Source: the human T2T-CHM13v2.0 reference genome, Homo sapiens
Direction: 5' to 3' (one strand)
DNA length: 64,000 nt
NCBI RefSeq assembly: GCF_009914755.1
Contig: NC_060928.1
Part shown: positions 41,090-53,482 of the stretch, in pieces
How positions within the stretch are numbered: position 1 is the first letter of the stretch
Layout of the letters: every line of letters begins with the position of its first letter
Made by a program: the position numbers and the translations under genes
The notes under the pieces: generated by a model
What the model saw: only the letters and a program-made list of their open reading frames with translations
Told to the model about the DNA's origin: nothing
Database searches by the model: none

Positions 41090-41451
41090 GTGGGCCGCCT
41101 ACTGCGCACGCGCGGGTTTGCGGGCAGCCGCCTGGGCTGTGGGAGCAGCCCGGGCAGAGCTCTCCTGCCTCTCCACCAGCCCACCCCGCCGCCTGACCGC
41201 CCCCTCCCCACCCCCACCCCCCACCCCCGGAAAACGCGTCGTCCCCTGGGCTGGGTGGAGACCCCCGTCCCGCGAAACACCGGGCCCCGCGCAGCGTCCG
41301 GGCCTGACACCGCTCCGGCGGCTCGCCTCCTCTGCGCCCCCGCGCCACCGTCGCCCGCCCGCCCGGGCCCCTGCAGCCTCCCAGCTGCCAGCGCGGAGCT
41401 CCTGGCGGTCAAAAGCATACCTCTGTCTGTCTTTGCCCGCTTCCTGGCTAG

Positions 41452-41645
41452 ACCTGCGCGCAGTGCGCACCCCGGCTGACGTGCAAGGGAGCTCGCTGGC
41501 CTCTCTGTGCCCTTGTTCTTCCGTGAAATTCTGGCTGAATGTCTCCCCCCACCTTCCGACGCTGTCTAGGCAAACCTGGATTAGAGTTACATCTCCTGGA
41601 TGATTAGTTCAGAGATATATTAAAATGCCCCCTCCCTGTGGATCC
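41452..41645 (+). other. DUX4: DUX4 exon 3 in pLAM (3' end approximate)
   Basis: Pyrimidine tract then TTCCTGGCTAG|ACCTGCGCGCAG acceptor; intron 2 is 41090-41451 (362 bp); exon contains ATTAAA. Confidence 0.88.
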
Positions 41646-44600
41646 TATAGAAGATTTGCATCTTTTGTGTGATGAGTGCAGAGATATGTCACAATATCCC
41701 CTGTAGAAAAAGCCTGAAATTGGTTTACATAACTTCGGTGATCAGTGCAGATGTGTTTCAGAACTCCATAGTAGACTGAACCTAGAGAATGGTTACATCA
41801 CTTAGGTGATCAGTGTAGAGATATGTTAAAATTCTCGTGTAGACAGAGCCTAGACAATTGTTACATCACCTAGTGATCAGTGCAGGGATAAGTCATAAAG
41901 CCTCCTGTAGGCAGAGTGTAGGCAAGTGTTCCCTCCCTGGGCTGATCAGTGCAGAGATATCTCACAAAGCCCCTATAAGCCAAACCTTGACAAGGGTTAC
42001 ATCACCTGTTTGAGCAGTGGAAATATATATCACAAAGCCCCCTGTAGACAAAGCCCAGACAATTTTTACATCTCCTGAGTGAGCATTGGAGAGATCTGTC
42101 ACAATGCCCCTGTAGGCAGAGCTTAGACAAGTGTTACATCACCTGGGTGATCAGTGCAGAGATATGTCAAAACGCTCCTGTAGTCTGAACCTAGACAGGA
42201 GTTACATCACCTTGGGGATCAGTGCAGAGATACGTGAGAATTCCCTTGTAGGCAGGGCCTAGACAAGTGTTACATCACCTAGGTTATCAGTGCAGAGATA
42301 TGTGAGAATTCCCGTGTAGGCAGAGCCTAGACAAGTGTTACATCACCTAGTTTATCAGTGTAATTATTAGTCATAAAGCCTCCTGTAGGCAGAGCGTAGA
42401 CAAGAGTTCCCTCCTCAGGGTGATCAGTGCAGAGATGTGTCACAAAGCCCCTGTAGGCAGAGCCTAGACAAGAGTTTCATCACTTGGTTGATCAGTTCAG
42501 AGATGTGTCAGAATGCCCATGTAGGCAGATCTAAGACAAGCGTCCATCACCTGGGTGATCAGTGCAGAGATATGTACCAGTGTCCCCTGTAGGCAGTGCC
42601 TAGACAAGAGTTGAATCACCTCAGAGATCAGTGCATAGATATGTCACAAAGCCTTCTGTAGGCAAAGCCCATACAAGGTTTAGATCACCTAGGTGATCAG
42701 TGCAGTGATATGTCACAAAAATCCCTGTAGACAGAGCCTAGACAAGAGTTACTTCACCTGGGTGATCAGTGCAGATATTTGACACAATGCCCCCATAGAC
42801 AGAGCCTAGGCAAGACTTCCATCACCTGGGTGATCAGTGCAGAGATATGTCACAAATCCCCCTCTAGGCAGAGTATAGAGAAGAGTCCCATCACCTGGGT
42901 GATCAGTGCAGAGATATTTCACAATGCCCCCTGTAGGCAGAGAGTGGACAAGAGTTACATCACCTAGATGATCTGTGCAGAGCTATGTCAAAACGCCCCT
43001 GTAGGCAGAGCCTAGATGAGTGTTACATCACCTGGGTGATCATTGCAGAGATACGTCACAATACCCCCTGTAGGTGGGGCCTAGACAAGAGTTACATCAC
43101 CTGGGTGATCAGTACAGAAGTATGTCACAAAGCCCCTGTAGGCAGAGCCTAGACAAGAGTTACATCACCTGGGTTATCAGTGCAGAAATATGTCACAAAG
43201 CCCCTGTAGGTCGAGTCTAGACAAGAGTTACATCTCCTGGGTGATCAGTGCAAAGATATGTCACAAAGCCCCCTGTAGACAAATCCCAGAAAATTGTTAC
43301 ATCACCTGGGTGATCAGTGGAGATATGTGTCACAATTCCCCTTTAGGCACAGCTTAGACAAGCGTTACATCACATGAGTGATCATTGCAGAGTTATGTCA
43401 CTATGCCCCCATAGGCAGATCCAAGACAAGAGTCCATCACCTGGGTGATCAGTGCAGAAATATGCCACAATGCCGCCAGTAGGCAGATATAGACAAGAGT
43501 TACATCACCTGCGTGATCACTGCAGAGATATATCACAATGCCCCTGTAGGCAGAGCCCAGACAAGAGTCCCATCACCTGGGTGATCAGTGCAGAGTTATG
43601 TCACAATGCCCCCTTTTGGCAGAGCCTAGACAAGGGTTACATCACCTGGGTGATCAGTGCAGAGATATGTCACAATGTCCCTGTAGCCATATCCTTGACA
43701 AAAGTGACATCACCTGGGTGATCAGTGTGGAGATATGTCACAATGTCTCCAGTAGGCAGAGCCTAGACAAGAGTTACATCACCTGGGTGATCAGGGCAGA
43801 GATATGTCACAATGCCCCCTGTAAGCAGATCCCAGACAAGAGTTGCATCACCTCGGTGATCAGTGCAGAGATACGTCACAATGCCCCTGTAGGCAGAGCC
43901 TAGACAAGAGTTACATAACCCAGGTGATCCGTACAGAGTGATGTCACAACGCCCTCTGTAGGCAGAGACTAGAAAAGAGTTACATTACCTGGGTGATCAG
44001 TGCAGAGATATGTCACAATGCCCCCTGTAGGCAGAGCATAGAGAAGAGTTGCATCACCTGGGTGATCAGTGTAGAGATATGTCACAATGTCCCCTGTAGG
44101 CAGAGCACAGAGAAGAGTTGCACCACCTGGGTGATCAGTGCAGAGATATGTCACAATGTCCCCTGTAGGCAAAGCCTAGGCAAGAGTTACATCACCTTTG
44201 TCATCAGTTCAGGGATATGTGAAAACGCCCCTGTAGGCAGAGCTTAGACAAGAGTTACATCACCTAGTTGATCAGTGCAGAGATATTTCACAATACCCCC
44301 TGTAGGCAGATCCTAGACAAGAGTTGCATCACCTGGGTGATCAGTGCAGAGATATTTCACAACGCCCCCTGTAGGCAGAGGGTAGACAAGAGTTACATCA
44401 CCTAGGTGATCAGTGCAGAGATTTGTCGAAATTCCCTGTAGGCAGTGCTTATAAAAGTGTTACATCACCTAAGTGATCAGTGCAGAGATATGTCACAAAG
44501 CTCCTGTAGGCAGAGCTTAGATGAGTTACATCACCTGGGTGATCAGAGCAAAGGTATGTCACAAAGCCCCCTGTAGGCCAAAGCCTAGACAATAGTTACA

Positions 44601-47600
44601 TCACTTGGGTGATCAGTGGCGAGATCTCTCACAATTCCCCTGTAGGCAGAGCTTATACAACAGTTACATCACCTGGGTGATCAGTGCAGATATATGTCAC
44701 AATGCCCCCATAGGCAGATCCAAGACAAGAGTCCGTCTCCTGGGTGATCAGTGCAGAAATACGTCACAATGCCCCCTTAGGCAGAGCCTAGACAAAAGCC
44801 CCATCACCTGGATGATTAGTGCAGAGTTATGTCACAAAGTCCCTTTAGGCAGATCCTAGAAAAGAGTCCCATTACTTGGGTGATCAGTGCAGAGATATGT
44901 CACAATGCCACTGTAGGCAGAGCCTAGACAAGAGTTATATGACCTAGGTGATCAGTGCAGAGATACATTGCAATGCCCCTGTAGGCAGAGCCCTGACAAG
45001 TGGTACATCACCTGGGTGATCATTGCAGGGATATGTCACAAAGCACCCTGTAGGCAGATCCTAGACAAGAGTTACATGACCTGGGTGATCAGTGCAGAGA
45101 TATGTCACAATGCCACTGTAGGCAGAGCCTAGACAAGAGTTACATGACCTAGGTGATCAGTGCAGAGATACATCGCAATGCCCCTGTAGGCAGAGCCTTG
45201 ACAAGTGGTACATCACCTGGGTGATCATTGCAGGGATATGTCACAAAGCACCCTGTAAGCAGATCCTAGAGAAGAGTTATATCACCTGGGTGATCAGTGC
45301 AGAGATATGTCACAAGCCCCCTGTAGGCAGAGCCTAGACAAGAGTTATATCACCTGGGTGATCAGTGCAGTGATATGTCACAATGCTGTGTAGCCAGAGC
45401 CTAGACAAAAGTTACAGCACCTGGGAGATCAGTGCAGAGATATGTCACAATGTCCCCAGTAGGCAGAGACCAGGCAAGAGTTGGATCACCTCGGGATCAG
45501 TGCAGAGATATGTCTCAATCCCCCTGTGGGCACAGCCTAGACAAGAGTTACATCACCTCGGTTAACAGTGCAGAGATATGTCAAAATGCCCCTGTAGGCA
45601 AGCCTACACAAGTATTACATCACTTAGGTGATCAGTGCAGAGATATGTCACAATACCCCCTGTAAGCAGAGCCTAGACAAGAGTTACATCACCTGGGTGA
45701 TCAGTGCAGAGATATGTGACAAGGCCCCTTTAAGCAGAGCCTAGACAATAGTTACATCACCTGAGTGATCAGTGCAGAGATCTGTCACAATGCCCCTTTA
45801 GGCAGAGCTTAGACTAGAGTTACATCACCTGGGTGATCAGTGCAGAGATATGTCACATTGCCCCCATAGGCAAATCCAAGACAAGAGTCAGTCACCTGGG
45901 TGATCAGTGCAGAAATATGTGACAATGCCGCCAGTAGGCAGAGCCTAGAGAAGAGTCCCATCACCTGGGTGATCAGTGCAGAGTTATGCCACAATGCCCT
46001 CTGTAGGCAGAGCCTAGACAAGAGTTACATCATCTGGTTGATCAGTAAAGAGATATTTCACAATGCCCCTGCAGGCAGAGTGTAAGCAAGAGTTACATCA
46101 CCTAGATGATCAGTGCAGAGATACGTCACAAGGCCCCCTATAGGCAGAGCCTGGACAAGAGTTACATCACCTCGGTGATCAATGCAGCGATATGTCACTA
46201 TGCCCCGTAGGCAGAGCCTAGTCAAGCGTTACATCACCTGGGTGATCAGTGCAGAGATATGTCAGAAAGCCCCCATACACAGAGCCTAGACAAGAGTCCC
46301 ATCACCTGGGTGATCAGTGCAGAAATATGTCACAATGCCCCTATAGGCAGATCCAACACAAGTGTTACATCACCTGGGTGATCAGTGCAGAAATATGTCA
46401 CAATGCCCCCATAGGCAGATCCAACACAAGAGTTACATCACCTGGGTGATCAGTGTAGAGATATGTCACAATGCCCCCGTAGACAGAGCCTAGACAAAAG
46501 TCCCATCACCTGGGTGATCTGTGCAGAGATATGTCACAAAGCCCCTGTAGGCAGAGCCTAGACAAGAGTTACATCACTTTGTTGATCAGTTCAGAGATGT
46601 GTCACAATGCCTATGTAGGCAGAGCCTAGACAAATGTTCCATCGCCTGGGTGATCAGTGCAGAGATATGTGACAAGGCCCCTTTAAGCAGAGCCTAGACA
46701 ATAGTTACATCACCTGAGTGATCAATGCAGTGATATGTCACTACGCCCCAGTAGGCAGAGCCTAGTCAAGCGTTACATCACCTGAGTGATCAGTGCAGAG
46801 ATATGTCACAAAGCCCCCATACACAGAGCCTAGACAACAGTCCCATCCCCTGGGTGATCAGTGCAGAAATATGTCGCAATGCCCCCATAGGCAGATCCAA
46901 CACAAGAGTTACATCACCTGGGTGATCAGTGTAGAGATATGTCACAATGCCCCCATAGGCAGAGCGTAGACAAAAGTCCCATCACCAAGGTGATCAGTGC
47001 AGAGATATGTCACAAAGCCCCCATAGGCAGAGCCTAGACAAGAGTTACATCACTTGGTTGATCAGTTCAGAGATGTGTCACAATGCCCATGTAGGCAGAG
47101 CCTACACCAGTGTTACATCACTTAGGTGATCAGTGCAGAGCTATGTCACAATACCCCCGTAAGCAGAGCCTAGACAAGAGTTACATCACCTGGTTGATCA
47201 GTGCAGAGATATCTCAAAATGTCCCTGCAGGCAGAGTATAGACAAGAGTTACATCACCTAGATGATCAGTGCAGAGATATTTCACAATGCCCCCTGTAGG
47301 CAGAGCCTAGATAAGAATTATATTACCTGGATGATCAGTACGGTGATATGTCACTATGCCCCCTGTGGGCGGAGCCTAGACAAGAGTTACATCACCTGGG
47401 TCATAAGGGCAGAGATATGTCACAATGCTCCAGTAGGCAGAGCCTAGACAAGAGTCCTATCACCTGGGTGATCAGTGCAGAAATATGTCACAATGCTCCC
47501 AGTAGACAGAGCCTAGACAAGAGTTACATCACCTGGGTGATCAGTGCAGAAATATGTTGCAATGCCCCCATAGGCAGATCCAACACAAGAGTTACATCAC

Positions 47601-48041
47601 CTGGGTGATCAGTGCAGAGATATGTAACAATGCCCCCAGTAGGCAGAGCCTAGAGGAGAGTTACATCATCTGGGTGATCTTTGCAGAGATATGTCACAAT
47701 CCCCCAAGTAAGCAGAGCCTAGACAAAAGTTACATCATCTGGGCGATCAGTGCAGAGAGAAGTCACAAAACCCACATAGGAAAAGACTAGACAAGAGTTA
47801 CATCATCTGGGTCATCAGTGCAGACATATGTCAAAGCTGCCGTAGACAGAGTGTAGACAATTATTACATCACTTGGGTGATCAGTGCAGAGATCTATCAC
47901 AGTGCCCCCATAGGCAGAGCCTAGACAAGAGTTCCATCACCTGTGTGATCAGTGTAGAGATATGTCACAATGCCTCCTGTAGGCAGAGGCTAAACAAGAG
48001 TTACATCACCTGGATTTTGTTTCCTGCAATATGTCACAATG
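41565..48041 (+). repeat. Beta (68-bp Sau3A) satellite block, ~95 monomers
   Basis: Tandem 68-69 bp units with consensus GATCAGTGCAGAGATATGTCACAATGCCCCTGTAGGCAGAGCCTAGACAAGAGTTACATCACCTGGGT; a hallmark of A-type ends. Confidence 0.97.
41619..41624 (+). terminator. DUX4 somatic polyadenylation signal ATTAAA (4qA-permissive form)
   Basis: AGAGATAT-ATTAAA-ATGCCCC; 10qA alleles typically carry ATCAAA here (established). Confidence 0.95.
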
Positions 48042-48398
48042 GCGAGGGTGAGGGTTAGGGTGAGGGTGAGGGTTAGGGTGAGGGTCAGGGTGAGGGTGAG
48101 GGTTAGGGTTAGGGTGAGCCTTAGGTTTAGGGTTAGGGTTAGGGTTAGGGGTTAGGCTTAGGCTTAGGGTTAGGCTTAGGCTTAGGGTAAGGCTTAGGGT
48201 TCAGGTTCAAGTTTGGATTCGGGTTCAGGTTAAGAGTTAGGGTTAGGGTTACTGGTTAGGGTTAGGGGTTAGGGTTAGGGGTTAGGGCTGGGTTAGGTTT
48301 AGGGTTAGGGTTAGGGTTATGGGTTACAGTTAGGGTTAGGGTTAGGTTTTAGGGTTAGGGTTAGGGTTAGGATTGGGGTTAGGTTTAGGGTTAGGGTA
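48042..48398 (+). repeat. Interstitial degenerate telomere repeat (TTAGGG)n
   Basis: TTAGGG mixed with TGAGGG, TCAGGG, TTAGGC, TTAGGGG, TTTAGGG. Confidence 0.97.
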
Positions 48399-48797
48399 GT
48401 GTAAATAATTTCACATTATTACTAATAATAAATTATTATTTATATTACACTATTACTTAATATATAGGCTATTAAGACATGTTTGTCTTCAAAGAATGGC
48501 CTTGGTTTCTGTGGACAGTTTCTCCTCATGGAAAGGTAGTGTGTTCCTGCTAAATCATGGACAAAACGGGTCCCCAGGAGCTACAGGCTGCAGAAGCAGC
48601 TTCTCCTCTATGTTCTTCACTGCCTCATACTGTTGTTGACCTTGAAACCTTCTTTTGGTCTAGTTTTATCAACAGAGCTAGTATTTACATGAGGTTCTAC
48701 TACATACCAGGTTCCAGAAAGCTAAATGCTTTTTGTTTGTTTTTATTCACTAAATACAAATCACAACTCTGTTCTCATTACACACACAACAAAATTT

Positions 48798-48870
48798 AGC
48801 TGAGGGAGATTGAGTGACTTTCCCAGGGTCACACAGCTACTAATAGCAGAGTAGTGTTTAGATTCATATG
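48798..48870 (+). mobile_element. MIR fragment
   Basis: CTGAGG...GAGTGACTTTCCCAGGGTCACACAGCTA resembles the MIR core. Confidence 0.55.
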
Positions 48871-49553
48871 GGAATACTGAACACAGAAATGAACCAATGG
48901 AAACATCCTACGTTCCAAAAGCCTACTCAAGCCATTTGTTCTTATTTTAAGGAAAATATGCTAATTTTAAACTCCAAATACTTATGAATGGCAGAGATCT
49001 ACAGATTTGATTCTGATGTAAGAAATGATGCTCACCAGCTGGTTACTGCTACCACCCCACAACCCGCAGCATACTGGACAAATGTCTAAGCCTCGTGGTT
49101 AGTGGGGACATTGCTGGTGGAGTCTGAAATTGTCATGCAGTGACTCACTCAAGCTTAGGCAGATTTGGTGATATATGACACAGAGATGCAAAGAAATGTT
49201 GTAGCTGACACACACAGGCTGGCTCTGGGAGATGCAGAAGGAGCACGTCCCCCAAAATGAAGCCAGACAGACATCCTTAAGGAAGGAGCAAAGGGGCTTC
49301 ATCTTAAAGAATGAAGAAGGGATTTGTCATGAGAGATGTGGCAGGAATTTCTTGAGAGGCAGAGGGAGAGCATGAGAATGTTAGGAAGGCAGGAGAGACT
49401 CTCACACATCTGGGAAGCTGACAATCCATCAGCATGTCCAGGAGGAAAATAAGGAGGAGGAGCAGAAATAGATGAGGCTGGATATAGAAGCAGGGCTGAA
49501 GCTGTGTTGTTTGTGGTAAAGAGTTGTGATTCTATCCAGAAGGCAATAGGTAG

Positions 49554-49864
<311 letters not shown>

Positions 49865-49881
49865 ACAGAGATCTTTTAAAA

Positions 49882-50102
49882 CAAGAGTCAGCAAATATTT
49901 TCTGCAAAGGGCTAAATGTTAAATATTTTAAATTTTCCAAGCCATATGGTCTCTCTCTCAATGACTCAGCTCTTCCATTATACCATGAAAGTAGCCAGAG
50001 ACGTTATATAACACATGTATGTGGCTGTGTCCCATTACAACTTTACTTACAAACGCAGACTGTGTCAGACATAGTCCATGTATGGTAGTTTGCCACACCT
50101 TG
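49882..50102 (+). mobile_element. MER58A-like hAT/Charlie DNA transposon
   Basis: Ends GAGTCAGCAAA...TAGTTTGCCACACCTTG are degenerate inverted termini; internal GGCTGTGTCCCATTACAACTTTACTTACAAA matches the recalled consensus. Confidence 0.75.
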
Positions 50103-50231
50103 TTTTAGAAAGCTCAGGTTTATGATGTGATGGAGAATTCCTACAAGAGTTCTTGTTTTAAATGGTAGAGTGAACATACACTGGAATTCTATACTGCTTG
50201 ACCCAAGCTTTTGATAGCAAAAGGTAGAAAA

Positions 50232-50284
50232 GACAGATAGTAAACAGATAGATAGATGATAGGAGGTAGATAGATAGATGATAA
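50232..50284 (+). repeat. Degenerate (GATA)n microsatellite
   Basis: GATAGATAGATGATAG...TAGATAGATAGATGATA. Confidence 0.8.
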
Positions 50285-52659
50285 AGAAAGTACATAGCTG
50301 TTCCAGAAAACAGAAACTGAAAATTTCATGAACCAAAAGCAGAGTAATATACTTTAGAAAGGAAACAGGCTGGAAAACCCACAGTTGCAAAGCAAATGGA
50401 ATTTCCAACTGCCTCTTGTAGCCCCTTCCTTGAAGTAGTCATAGCTCAGGGTGTTTGACTTCTTCCTCTGTTTTTTGTTTGTTTGTTGTTTGCTTTTCTG
50501 TGGGGTTTTTGTTGTTGTTGTTTGCTTTTTTTAAAAAAAATTCCCTTTCACTGCTTTTTTGTCACAGCAGCCTTTGTCGCTTCAAACACCGCAAGTGTTC
50601 TTTTAAAAGAATTATATCAACCTTTCAAGTGAAATGCAACATGTCTGAAACGTGGTATCTGGAGAGGTGAGATGGACAAAGGAGCCCTTGTTACTGCACG
50701 TTTTCATTCTCCAAACTTCACCTTGCACACAGTAACAGACAATGCACAAATCCACTTCCTTATGGACGGAAATTCTGAAATCCTTTTATGCCTGGCCTTT
50801 CCATCCTTCAACTTCCCCTTTCCCATGCTGTGAATGATTGTATTGGACATTTTTGTTTTAATCTCAGTGACAGGGGAACACAGGTAGCTCTAATATAGCT
50901 GTGACCCAGATGCTTCTGTTTCTAGCGTGTATTTATTTTGCAGCAAACATTTACATCCATGATTTTTCACTGTCTTTTGAAAATAATTAAGCAATATCTC
51001 ATCTGAGGTAGAATGTTTCTAGTGGTTGTGTTCTGAGGGAGAAAAACTAATCTTTTCTCTTTCCACTGCATTCTAGGAACAGTAAGAGGACCTTGTGAGT
51101 GAATAATTTGTTTCCACATTACAGAGTGGGTAATAAGCAGATTAGTAAAAACAATTCTGCTTCACTTCAATAACAGCCTCCTCCAACTCATTTTTTCTCA
51201 ACAAACTTATTTTTCCAGCAGAAGAATCCCAGACTTCTTAGAGAACCCAGTGACTTTTTGCACCTTAAATCTGTGAAATCCTCATGTTTTCTTCTGCTGT
51301 ATCTATAGTTCAAACAAAGATGAGGCAAAACTAGACGCATTCCTGAAGGAACCCAAGAAATTCCTCTTTCTGTCTCGGAATGAAATGAATTCTCCAGACC
51401 ACTAGTTCTAACCTTCAAAAACCAAACCTGTTTGTGAGATCTCCTTCAAATACTACTGTAGACCCCAGTATTTATTCATTAAATTTTTAAAATATTTGTT
51501 TTATTTGGAATCAAAGTATTTGTAATTTTAGTATTTGTATTAATATAAGGGAGAAATGTTTAAATCTGTCTATGCCATATGTGCCTCTGGCTTATTGCCC
51601 AATTAATTGCAGTCTCAGGCTAAACTTTCGTTTCTGTCTTCAATTTTTGTCAGAAGAAATATAACTGATCTCAAAACATCTGCTTTTATGTAGGGACTTG
51701 TGCTGCCATCTCCATTCCTCTCTCTCTTTTTGCAATCTGGGTGGAAGTTCTTTAATATGAACATTTCAACCAGCTTCATTCTACCACATCCACTATGAGC
51801 ACATTCAAACGTATCCAGCCAAGACTGTCATCTTAGGCCAGGGATCTTTTAGGAATCTATTTTGCTGTGATGTGGCTGGCACCACTTTGATTCACTGTAT
51901 CACCCCAGGGTTCTTTTCATTTTATAAGCCCAAGAGGGCAGAAAATGAAGTAGATGAGCAATTAAACACTGTGAGTCAGGAGCGTCTCCCCTTGTGTTAG
52001 GCAATGTTGTAGAACATCGTATTTAGTAAGCTCCTAGCAGATGAGCCATGTGGCTTCTGAGCACACATGCCTGCTTGCTGCTGTGAGGTCAGACACCATC
52101 ATGTCTTTTCCATCTCTGGAGGGAATTGTAAGGGCCACTTAATAACCTGTAAATCAGAGAGATAAAGGTGCTTCCCCAAAACACTGATGACAGAATGAAA
52201 GGTGAGGAGTGTTAGCCACAGTTCAAAAGTACAGGAAAGTCTCTCAGTGTGGGTTGTTGAAGAAATGCAGGTCTTTTTTCTTTTGGAAGTCTCCCTAGAA
52301 TGGGGTCAAGGACTCTGCCCATTCTAGGATGAAAAATTGGGATATTAGACACCTTCAGATATTTATCCCCAGCTTTCATTTTGGGCTCTTAATTAGTTTG
52401 TTCATCCATCACAATCTCAAATGCTAAGCAGGGCATTTGAATCTCTCCACAGTGCAAATCAGCGCCGTCTTTTAAAGTTGAGTTTCTTCTTATTCTCACC
52501 TGATATACCTTATTTATCCCACACCCACCCTAATAACATATCGTGCTCACTGTTATCTTTGAGGCAACCCTTGAATTTTACTCAGCCTGGAGCGCTCTTC
52601 ACATGTCTTGTCCAGAGCCAGTTCGGACTCATTCTTCAGCCGTGCATCAGTCAGTGGGG

Positions 52660-52922
52660 GCTAGCTTAAACTGTGGTGACAAACAACCTCCAAATTTCAG
52701 TGGCTCAAAAATCTTCTTCCTCATTTATTTACATCTCATGACTGGTCAGGTGAGAGGTAGCTCTGTGCTGTGTCATCCTAACACAGGAATCCAGAAGGAA
52801 GGAGGGACTGTCAATAAGATCCCCATTGCTATAGAAAAGAGAAAAAAGCATGTGGAATAGAACGCTGTTTCTTGGAGATTTCTCCTGAAAAAGTCACATG
52901 TTATTTCTTCTCACCTCCATTG

Positions 52923-52956
<34 letters not shown>

Positions 52957-53000
52957 ATGTGGCCATGGGAAAATTTAAGTAGGTGGGATGGAACAGTCAG
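52660..53000 (-). mobile_element. Old MaLR LTR (MLT1-type) with internal A29 run
   Basis: GTGACAAACAACCTCCAAATTTCAGTGGCTCAAAA and TCCATTGGC(A)nGTCATGTGGCC resemble MLT1 motifs; boundaries approximate. Confidence 0.5.
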
Positions 53001-53296
53001 AATGCATTCATAAAAAATGAACTGAAAATATTTGGAGAACAACACCAATGACTATCATGAATGCCAACATACATCCCTAACAACCCAGTGCTGTTACCCT
53101 CCAAACTTTTTATGTCTTGCAAAGTATTAGAACTTCATATCTGAAGCCATACCACTCAGAGGGAATGCAATACATATTGACATCTCCTTTAGGATGTCCA
53201 TAGAGAATTCAAGAAAAGAAATAATTTAAAAGTGCTTTTGGGTACAGCTATTTAGCACTAGAGGGTAAGAGTAGAGATAGATTGTAAAGATAATAA

Positions 53297-53482
53297 TAGG
53301 GTTAGGCATAGGATTAGGATCTGGGTCAGAGTCAGGGCCGGAAGTATGGTTAGAGGTGGGGTCATGGTCAGGGTCAAGATCAAAGTCAGGGTTAAAGTAA
53401 GGGTCAGAATTAAGGACCAGGGTAGGGATCAGGATTTAGGTTCAGGCTCAAAGTCTTGGGACAGGGTTAGGGTTAGGATTAG
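53297..53482 (+). repeat. Second, highly degenerate telomere-like hexamer tract
   Basis: 6-bp periodic GGGTTA/GGGTCA/GGATTA/GGATCA units ending GGGTTAGGGTTAGGATTAG. Confidence 0.8.

Noticed and set aside
41565-48041. CRISPR-like look and short repetitive ORFs (ITWVISAEICHN)
   Set aside because: Contiguous 68-bp satellite monomers with no unique spacers and no cas genes; this is human DNA.
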